NCBI GenBank assembly: GCA_041651395.1
Contig: JBAZJI010000001.1
Coordinates: 443,920 to 507,919, forward strand
Direction: 5' to 3'
DNA from: Minisyncoccota bacterium
Lineage (GTDB): Bacteria; Patescibacteriota; Minisyncoccia; Minisyncoccales; JAGOPM01
DNA: 64,000 bases
Within the stretch, counting starts at the first letter, position 1. Each line of letters begins with the position of its first letter. Both the position numbers and the translations under genes were made by a program. Of the stretch, positions 46,182 to 53,173 are shown piece after piece. The notes below the pieces were generated by a model that saw nothing but the letters and a program-made list of their open reading frames with translations, did not search any database and had not been told where the DNA came from.

Positions 46182-46745
46182 TTAACTTTTCTTAAAATAC
46201 GACAAATAATACGGGATATGCCAGAAGGCATGCGCTAATGCTAAACCTATCAGCCAAATTCCGGATTCCACATGCAGCTGATGCAAATTAGCGATACCTA
46301 AGTTATAGCCAAAATCGGTTTTAAGCAAAAATGCCAAACTGCTTATAGCGCAAACCAAAAAGCTGATTGCCAACAAAGCATTAAAAATTTTATTAGGCAG
46401 GGTCGGAGCCATGTTTCCCCTTTTTGCTACGATGGCCAAAAGCAAATACATCCCCCAAGAAAATAACCAAATTTTTACGAATTCAGTTTTGGCGCTAATC
46501 GGCGCCTCCTTGGCCGGGGCGGGCGATTTTTCAAAAGGCGCTTTTTGGGGAGCGTCACTAACAATTTCGGGCGCAGAAGTGGCAATTTCCGAATTATCGC
46601 AAATGCCGTTATTATTGCCATCCACATATAGCCCACATTCTCCATTACAGGAGGAATCTGTTTTGCCATTGGGGCAAGCTTGACCCAGGGCCAAAAACGG
46701 CAAAGCCAACAGTGCCACAAAAATGACAGCAAATTTTTTACTCAT
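46182..46745 (-). CDS. Membrane protein with a secreted Cys-rich N-domain and His-containing TM helices
   Basis: The start MSKKFAVIFVALLALPFLALGQA at 46745 lies 1 nt after the upstream stop. The N-domain reads CPNGKTDSSCNGECGLYVDGNNNGICD. It has 3-4 TM helices with HQLHVE and HAFWH. Confidence 0.55.
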   Translation of the reverse strand: MSKKFAVIFVALLALPFLALGQACPNGKTDSSCNGECGLYVDGNNNGICDNSEIATSAPEIVSDAPQKAPFEKSPAPAKEAPISAKTEFVKIWLFSWGMYLLLAIVAKRGNMAPTLPNKIFNALLAISFLVCAISSLAFLLKTDFGYNLGIANLHQLHVESGIWLIGLALAHAFWHIPYYLSYFKKS

Positions 46746-46746
46746 A

Positions 46747-47037
46747 TCAAATCTCCGTAATTTTATATTCCTTGCGGTCCGCATACTCGGCCTGCTTGCC
46801 GTCATTCCACTGGTTAACCGGCCGGATATAGCCGACTATCCGCGAATAAACCTCGCATTTCCGGAAATTGGCCAGCTCGGGATGCTTTTCATAGCAGGCC
46901 TTGCATTTAATTACCCGATAATCATCAAGCCCATCCTTGTAACCGAGCAAAACCGCATCAACTAACTCTTCCCCATTGAGCTTAATTTCTTTTTTGCAAT
47001 CATAGCAAAACAAATTATCTTTCTCGTTTTTTATCAT
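46747..47037 (-). CDS. Stand-alone NrdD C-terminal-like module (zinc ribbon plus glycyl-radical loop)
   Basis: CYDC...CKAC is followed by EVYSRIVGYIRPVNQWNDGKQAEYADRKEY, which resembles the class III RNR C-terminus (R-V-x-G-Y...WN.GK..E...R). I chose the ATG at 47037 (96 aa). An upstream GTG at 47088 is possible. Confidence 0.6.
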   Translation of the reverse strand: MIKNEKDNLFCYDCKKEIKLNGEELVDAVLLGYKDGLDDYRVIKCKACYEKHPELANFRKCEVYSRIVGYIRPVNQWNDGKQAEYADRKEYKITEI

Positions 47038-47208
47038 TTTGGTGTTTTTTATTTTTCGGCTTGGGTGCCCAAAAAGCAACAAGGCCACAGATTGTTGCTC
47101 TCAAAATTATGGATAGTCCAAGGAACAAAAAAGCGCAAACCTGCCCTAGTCGACAAATATTGCGCAATGTTCTGTATTTATTTTAAGTTATTTGCCCGCC
47201 TGGGCAAA

Positions 47209-48465
47209 TTATTTATCCACAGACTGCGCAGCCGCCAGCCCAGCCGCATAACCCGTGGCCCAACTGGCCTGCATATTATAACCACCACTCTGCCCATCGA
47301 TATCCAGAATCTCCCCGGCAAAATAGAAATTGCTGAATTCGTTGTAACGCATCGTTTTCTGGTCGATTTGATCCAATTCCACACCCCCTGAGGTAGTCAT
47401 AGCCATGTCAAAACCCATGGTCTTTTCTATTTCTAAGCGGCAATGTTTGAGAAGTTTAGTCATGGTCAGGCGCTGCTCTTTGGTAATGCCATTGCAGATA
47501 TGGTGCGGGTCAAAACCCCCGGTGCGCAAAACATAATCTGTTACGCCCTGCGGCAATAAAACTTTAAGCGCTACCTCTAATTGCCTATTCTGGTTATTTT
47601 CCAAAATCTCGAGCAACTTAGCGTTTAGGGCCTGCTCGTCGAAGCGCGGCTCCAAATCCAATTCTAAAACACCGCTTTCCAAATTATTATCGGCCATCGC
47701 CTTACTGGCATTCAAAGCCAAGGGCCCGCTTAAACCAAAATGCGTAAACAAAAGATCGCCGCTTTGGGCAAAAATCTTTTTGGGCGCATTGATAGTGCCT
47801 TGCACGCCCCGCAAAGAAATGCCTTGCAACTGCCTTGCCGCCTTGTCGGCTAGCTTCAAGGGCACCAGCGAGGGCCGCAAAGTATTTATTCTAATGCCCA
47901 AACCCTGCAAATAACCGTAGAAAGCCGGCATTTTAGACTCGGCCAAAAAAGAGCGCCCGCCCACGGCCACGATAAAAGCCTTGGCGAAAAATTCTTGGGC
48001 CTTGCCATGGCAAACGGTTTGGATGCTTTCCAAGGTTTGCTTTTTAATCTTAAAATTCAAAAACTCCGTTTCCGTAAAAACTACCACGCCAAATTTAGCC
48101 AAATCAGAAATGAGAGCTGATAAAATTTCATCAGCTTTGCCGGCCATGGGGAAAACTTTGCCATTGCCTTCAGCCTCGCGCTTTATGCCGTGCTCTTCAA
48201 AAAACTGGATGGCCGCAAGAGAATCAAATTGCGCCAAAGCGGATTGCAAAAAATTCCCTTTTTTGCCGTAAACAACCGGAATGGTTTGAGGGTTGATTGA
48301 AGTATTAGTAAAATTACATCTCCCGCCTCCGGAAAGCAAAATCTTGCGCCCAAGCTGGCGCGATTTCTCAATTAGGGCAACTTTTTTGCCAGTTTTAGCC
48401 GCTTGAATGGCTGCCATTAATCCGGCTGGCCCTCCCCCTATAACGATAATGTCAAAATTATTCAT
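47209..48465 (-). CDS. HI0933/BaiN-like FAD-dependent oxidoreductase
   Basis: 418 aa with the dinucleotide-binding motif DIIVIGGGPAGLMAA and the family motif SGGGRCNFTN. Confidence 0.8.
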   Translation of the reverse strand: MNNFDIIVIGGGPAGLMAAIQAAKTGKKVALIEKSRQLGRKILLSGGGRCNFTNTSINPQTIPVVYGKKGNFLQSALAQFDSLAAIQFFEEHGIKREAEGNGKVFPMAGKADEILSALISDLAKFGVVVFTETEFLNFKIKKQTLESIQTVCHGKAQEFFAKAFIVAVGGRSFLAESKMPAFYGYLQGLGIRINTLRPSLVPLKLADKAARQLQGISLRGVQGTINAPKKIFAQSGDLLFTHFGLSGPLALNASKAMADNNLESGVLELDLEPRFDEQALNAKLLEILENNQNRQLEVALKVLLPQGVTDYVLRTGGFDPHHICNGITKEQRLTMTKLLKHCRLEIEKTMGFDMAMTTSGGVELDQIDQKTMRYNEFSNFYFAGEILDIDGQSGGYNMQASWATGYAAGLAAAQSVDK

Positions 48466-48515
48466 CGCTTAATAATTGCACATTTGAAAAATTTAGCAAT
48501 AAAAAGCCGCGTTGT

Positions 48516-48653
48516 TTAAGCGCGGTTAGCTTCTGATTTTTCCCTTTTATCACGAGATTTCTTTTTTGGCTTTTCTACCTTCTTATGCTGCCCGTTGGGG
48601 TACTTCTGGAATGCTTCGTGTTTTCCTTTTTCTTTCCGGTTTTTTTTCGACAT
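48516..48653 (-). CDS. Possible small basic protein (45 aa)
   Basis: Hand-translated as MSKKNRKEKGKHEAFQKYPNGQHKKVEKPKKKSRDKREKSEANRA. The stop is embedded in a CCGCG/CGCGG hairpin followed by CTTTTTA. No clear RBS. Confidence 0.3.
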   Translation of the reverse strand: MSKKNRKEKGKHEAFQKYPNGQHKKVEKPKKKSRDKREKSEANRA

Positions 48654-48661
48654 TTTGTCTC

Positions 48662-49495
48662 CTACTTCAAAGCTGGCATAAATACTTTTTTTTCTTCAAA
48701 ACCGAACAACGAAATCGGTTTCTCTTCCCGCGCCGGAGTAATGTGCACTTTTACTATTAATTCTTTTCCGATTAAATCTTTCTCCTCAAACTCCTGCCTG
48801 GAAATTCTAGCCTCATGCATTTTCCAGCCATAGCCAATCCGCCCGGCATTGAAAGAAATTTGCTGCACTCCGTCGGCATATATGTCAAAATACAAGTAAT
48901 AACCTTTGTTAACCTCCTTTTCATCATAGCTAGCGTAGGGCAAGCCGAGAGTCGCAATATCCGCACGAAGGCACAAACATTCACGCCAAGACCAAGCCTG
49001 CAAGTCTCGCGAGATTGCTATGGGCAAAAGGCTTGGATCTCCAATAACCGCCATTCTAGCCGGTTTTCCGGCAAAGCGGCAGGGTGAGCCCTCGGAATTG
49101 TAACATTCAGTCCAAAGATAATACTCGAATATTCCGCTTCTTTTTTCGCCAAAGCCAATTGCGACATCAGACTCGCGCCACCAAGTGCTATACTCGGGTT
49201 TTTTCAAAACCGCCTCATAGCCGAGAACTGATCCGAAGGCCTCAAAATTTTCTTCAGCTTCCGGGAATATCATCCGACCCTTGAAACCGAACTTAGCCGT
49301 GGCAATATCATAGGGGGTCCGGATTTGCCCAGAAATTACCACCACCGTCGGGAGATTTGCATACTTGCAAACTACCGGGACGAGCTGCGGGTAAGTTAAC
49401 GCATAATTGACATTGATTTTCTCGGCTGCCGCGAAACCACCTGCCGGATACGCCAGCATGCCAAAAATCACCATTACTGCCAAAACTTTTTCCAT
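48662..49495 (-). CDS. Hypothetical secreted protein
   Basis: The ATG at 49495 is preceded by GGGAGG. The sequence is signal-like (MEKVLAVMVIFGMLAYPAGGFAAA). No family recognised. Confidence 0.55.
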   Translation of the reverse strand: MEKVLAVMVIFGMLAYPAGGFAAAEKINVNYALTYPQLVPVVCKYANLPTVVVISGQIRTPYDIATAKFGFKGRMIFPEAEENFEAFGSVLGYEAVLKKPEYSTWWRESDVAIGFGEKRSGIFEYYLWTECYNSEGSPCRFAGKPARMAVIGDPSLLPIAISRDLQAWSWRECLCLRADIATLGLPYASYDEKEVNKGYYLYFDIYADGVQQISFNAGRIGYGWKMHEARISRQEFEEKDLIGKELIVKVHITPAREEKPISLFGFEEKKVFMPALK

Positions 49496-49600
49496 TGACA
49501 ACCTCCCTTTCTAATGTAAATGACCTTGCCGACATTGTCTAACAAAGGACCATTAATGTCAACAATGACAAAAGCAAAAGCGGGCTAGCGCCCGCTTTTC

Positions 49601-50206
49601 TTAATCTTGCTTATATTTTTTAAGCCCGATCATTATCAGGGCAACAAGCACCACCAGAATTGCGCCAAATTTTACAAAATCACCAAGCCTCCCCCAATAT
49701 CGCACCCCGGCAATAAATATGGAGACAAAACCGCCATAAGTAAAGCCAAAAGCAATAGGCCAAGGCTTAATAAATAAATGACCAACTATCGAGAATAGCA
49801 AACCAAAGGCCAAAAAGATGAAAAAGGAAATTTTCTCATGTTTATCCCGGGCGGCAGTCTCCAAAGCCGAACACTGCTTATACAAATCGCAATAACCAGT
49901 TGCGGGATTAACATTAGGCGCAACCTCCGAGGGCGCCATTTTGGCCGAGATGGCGGCATTATTTACCCAATCGCCGCCAATGGCAGCGCATTGTTCGGAA
50001 GTCGTAGCGGCTTGGAATTTTACTTTGCCGCAAAAATCCTCGTAGCGCGGCTCTGGCCAAACAATGGAGACGCCCAAAGTCAAAGTTACGACAAGGGCCA
50101 CCACAATACTTAAGCCTAAGCCGATTTTTAAGATTGTATTTGAATCGATCATATAATTCATCATAGCATACTTCACAAAAGCAAGACATCGCTTTTCACT
50201 TGCCAA
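49601..50206 (-). CDS. Hypothetical membrane protein
   Basis: 201-aa ORF with 4 predicted hydrophobic helices. The start is uncertain because there are several Met codons in the first 20 aa. Confidence 0.5.
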   Translation of the reverse strand: MASEKRCLAFVKYAMMNYMIDSNTILKIGLGLSIVVALVVTLTLGVSIVWPEPRYEDFCGKVKFQAATTSEQCAAIGGDWVNNAAISAKMAPSEVAPNVNPATGYCDLYKQCSALETAARDKHEKISFFIFLAFGLLFSIVGHLFIKPWPIAFGFTYGGFVSIFIAGVRYWGRLGDFVKFGAILVVLVALIMIGLKKYKQD

Positions 50207-50254
50207 TTTGTCCGATTAATGGTATAGTTTTTTGTAACTTCAAAAGGAGGCTCG

Positions 50255-50410
50255 ATGAAAAAATACGAAATAGCTGCTATTATTGCCGGAGTTGCAATTT
50301 TGGCGGGAGTGGGGTGTTTCCTCGCCTACATGAAGGCCGAGGAGTATATCTCCGACCTTATTGGTCTTGAAAAATTTTCCAACTCTGTGGCTAAAAAGAG
50401 CCAAAACTAA
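50255..50410 (+). CDS. Small single-pass membrane protein (51 aa)
   Basis: Hand-translated as MKKYEIAAIIAGVAILAGVGCFLAYMKAEEYISDLIGLEKFSNSVAKKSQN. AAAGGAGG lies 6 nt upstream and two hairpin terminators follow. Confidence 0.45.
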   Translation: MKKYEIAAIIAGVAILAGVGCFLAYMKAEEYISDLIGLEKFSNSVAKKSQN

Positions 50411-50433
50411 TCCGCCTTCCGCGGATTTTTTCT
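50409..50433 (+). terminator. Rho-independent terminator
   Basis: AATCCGC-cttcc-GCGGATT followed by TTTTTC. Confidence 0.6.
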
Positions 50434-50441
50434 TTACCAAA

Positions 50442-50470
50442 AGCACCCCGAATTTCCGGGGTGCTTTTTG
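50442..50470. terminator. Rho-independent terminator (second of a tandem pair; may also serve the convergent gene)
   Basis: AGCACCCCG-aatttc-CGGGGTGCT (9-bp stem) followed by TTTTTG. Confidence 0.65.
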
Positions 50471-50489
50471 ATATACCGCTTAAAGTATT

Positions 50490-53078
50490 TTACTTTCCCA
50501 ATAGGGCCTGAATCGCCTTATACATAGCCTCTAATTGCGCCTTGTCTGTGGGCAAACTATAGGTCGGCACCACAGCACTTAAAGTGGTTGCTGGTGTCGT
50601 AGTGGTACCCTTAACGCTTCCCATAATGGAATCAAATAAGGAATTAATTTTATCCATGGTGGCCTTATCCAGTTCGCCAGAAGTCGGCAAATTGTATTTT
50701 TTCTGGAAGGCCGAGAGCGCACTTTCAACACCAGTGGTAAAAGTTCCGTTGGCTGCCCATTTATAAAATCCGGCCTTATAGAGGAATTTTTGGAGCATGG
50801 ATACATCATCGCCCTTGGCGCCAAAAGCCCTCAATACACTGAATTTATATCCGACTACAGAAGGCGTGCTAGCCGCTGGTTTGGTGGTTGTGCCCGTTGC
50901 GCTAACGCCTAAAATGGCATTTAGCTTAACCATGGTCGCGGCATCTACTATACCGGTAACTGCCAGTTTATATTTGGCTTGGAAAAGCTTCAGGGCGGTT
51001 TGGGTGCTGGCTGTCAAAACACTATTGGGCAAATATTTATAAAATTTCTCCTTATAAAGTATTTGTTGGAGCTGTTTAACATCCTCCCCTTTGGCGTTGA
51101 GTTTCAGAACTGCCGTAAACTTGAATGGGCCAACATCATAATAAGGCACATTAGCATTCATAAAACGCATGGTGATATCGTCTAAAATGCCGGTGTCGTC
51201 AAGCTTGTATTTGAGCTGGTAGGCTTTCATCGCCGCCTTGGTAGCGGTATCCAAGATGCCGGTAATCGGACCAGTGTAAAACTTCTCGAATATTAAACGC
51301 TTTTGCAGTTCCTTCACATCATTGCCGGCTTTGCCAAACCAAATGGTAGTCGGGAAAATATAACCCTTCACCTTATTGGCCGTTGAAACTATTGCACCGA
51401 TTGTTCCGCCTTGGGCAGTCACTGCCGGAGCATTAGCATTCAAATAATTGCGGGTTTTGAGATCAAGCATGCCGCTTTGCGTTAAGCGGTTTTCCACCTG
51501 ATATTCTTTCAAAGCTTTGGCTGTATCCGCGGAAAAATAATTGGTAATATTACCGCGATAAAAACCTTCCTTTTTAAGAATATTATGCAAAGCAATAATA
51601 TCGGCACTGCTGTCGCCTTGTTCAAGATCCTTCGTGAATTGGTAGCGGTTAACGTTATCGGTGGTTTGCGTTGTGGCGGTTCTATTGATTTCCCACTCAT
51701 ATTCAGTCGGGGTAGTTTGCCACACACCGCCGCTGCTCTTGCCTAGAACATAAAGCCGGTGCAATTCCCCTTTTGCCAAACCAGTCAACGAAATTTTTGT
51801 CGCCACCGGGGTCTCGGAACCATACGAGCCGCTGTCCAATTTATATTTGTAATGGGTCACATTGGTGCCACCAACTGTAATATTAATGGAAGTATCATTG
51901 GTCGGATCACTGGGCATACCGGAAATTTCCGCAGTCGGAGCGCTACCCGGATTCACGGTCCAAATATAAGTAGTCGGAGAAGATTGCCAGTTGCCCGCCG
52001 CATCCCGGCCGGCCACATAAAGCGTATGCTGCCCGGCGGTAAGATTGGAAGCGGTCAAAACTTGGCTGATAGGCAAATCGGCACTATAACCACCGTTATC
52101 GATATAATATTTGTAATAAGTCACATCTGCCCCGCCAACCGTGATATTGAGCGAAGTAGACTCGGTTGGATTGGCCGGCTTATTGCTTAAAGTCACCTCG
52201 GTGGGCGCAACTGAGTCAAAAGTAAAGCTGTCGGTTTTGGTTGTTGAACCGTTAGCGCTCGCAAAAGAGATTGTGCAAGTTTTGGCCCCTTGGGCTGTAT
52301 TGCTGGCCAAAGTGATGGTCATGTTATTGGCACCTGATAAAAATGAACCGCTCAAAGCCACACAATCGGGGCCGCCAACCGTAAACGTTCCGGTGGCATT
52401 AGCCGTAAAGGCATAGGCATAAGTCATCGAATTGGTCAAAGTCGGAATAGCATGGCTTTCAGTGATAGCCAAAGGAGCGATATTGGAAATAGTAACACTG
52501 ACCGGATTAGAATCGGCCGAGTTTCCCGCCGCATCAATAGCCTTGACAAAAATCATTAAGGGTCCATTAGCAGCGCTTGCAGAATTCCATGACAAAGTGG
52601 GATTTCCCTCGCCCAGTTTAGTGAAGCTTCCGTTATAAAATTCATATTTGCTGATGCCCGAACCGATTTCGGTAGCCGAACCGGTCAAGGAAACACTTCC
52701 GGTCAAAGTAGCACCGGCAGCCGGAACAGTTAAAGCCACTGCTGTCGGGGCGGTTTTATCAATTTTAATGCTCACATCGCCAGCCCCAGCGACAGTCACA
52801 CCATTTGAGTCAACAGCTTTGTAGCGCAAAATTGTTTCCCCTTCGCTGCTGGCAATATACGATGCTCCGGCAGTAGTCGGGTCGCAAGCTGCGCCAGTGC
52901 AATAATAGGTGATGCAGGTCGAAGTGCCATCAGGTGCACATGACAAAGAAGCCGTCACATTGGAATTAGTCCATGTGCCTGCCGTATAAGTGCCCAGGCT
53001 ATGACTAACTGTCATAGCGCTTGCATTAAGGCCAATAATGGCAAATGCAAACATAAAAAAGAGCAATGCTTTTTTCAT
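50490..53078 (-). CDS. Secreted protein with Ig-like domains and four peptidoglycan-binding (PG_binding_1-like) repeats
   Basis: 862 aa with a signal peptide and an Ig-like region (IDKTAP...). Four repeats fit the pattern G..G.DV..LQ..L....FY.G...G.....T..A...(Y/F)Q.K(Y/N).L..(T/S)G.(L/V)D..T. Confidence 0.75.
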   Translation of the reverse strand: MKKALLFFMFAFAIIGLNASAMTVSHSLGTYTAGTWTNSNVTASLSCAPDGTSTCITYYCTGAACDPTTAGASYIASSEGETILRYKAVDSNGVTVAGAGDVSIKIDKTAPTAVALTVPAAGATLTGSVSLTGSATEIGSGISKYEFYNGSFTKLGEGNPTLSWNSASAANGPLMIFVKAIDAAGNSADSNPVSVTISNIAPLAITESHAIPTLTNSMTYAYAFTANATGTFTVGGPDCVALSGSFLSGANNMTITLASNTAQGAKTCTISFASANGSTTKTDSFTFDSVAPTEVTLSNKPANPTESTSLNITVGGADVTYYKYYIDNGGYSADLPISQVLTASNLTAGQHTLYVAGRDAAGNWQSSPTTYIWTVNPGSAPTAEISGMPSDPTNDTSINITVGGTNVTHYKYKLDSGSYGSETPVATKISLTGLAKGELHRLYVLGKSSGGVWQTTPTEYEWEINRTATTQTTDNVNRYQFTKDLEQGDSSADIIALHNILKKEGFYRGNITNYFSADTAKALKEYQVENRLTQSGMLDLKTRNYLNANAPAVTAQGGTIGAIVSTANKVKGYIFPTTIWFGKAGNDVKELQKRLIFEKFYTGPITGILDTATKAAMKAYQLKYKLDDTGILDDITMRFMNANVPYYDVGPFKFTAVLKLNAKGEDVKQLQQILYKEKFYKYLPNSVLTASTQTALKLFQAKYKLAVTGIVDAATMVKLNAILGVSATGTTTKPAASTPSVVGYKFSVLRAFGAKGDDVSMLQKFLYKAGFYKWAANGTFTTGVESALSAFQKKYNLPTSGELDKATMDKINSLFDSIMGSVKGTTTTPATTLSAVVPTYSLPTDKAQLEAMYKAIQALLGK

Positions 53079-53125
53079 ATTATTGATAGATTATTTTTAA
53101 AATTTAGTAATCTTATTATAGTTCA

Positions 53126-53160
53126 ACGAAAAAACCCCGCAAGTTGTGACAGGCGGGGTT
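53126..53160 (-). terminator. Rho-independent terminator
   Basis: Minus strand: AACCCCGC-(12 nt)-GCGGGGTT followed by TTTTCGTTG. Confidence 0.65.
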
Positions 53161-53173
53161 TTGTGTTTTAGCA

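Noticed and set aside
45497-46231. 244-aa minus-strand ORF from the track
   Set aside because: It is antisense to a + strand cassette that has a promoter, strong RBSs, ATGA coupling and terminators. Its own sequence is Cys/Phe/Leu/Arg-rich low-complexity without an RBS, and it spans a bidirectional terminator.
47185-47215. Hairpin ATTTGCCC-gcct-GGGCAAAT at the flavoprotein gene stop as a terminator
   Set aside because: There is no U-tract on the minus strand after the stem, so terminator function is not supported. It may be only a stabilising stem.
50240-50446. 68-aa minus-strand ORF
   Set aside because: It lacks an RBS and runs through a terminator hairpin. The opposite strand carries a better-supported 51-aa ORF with an RBS and terminators.
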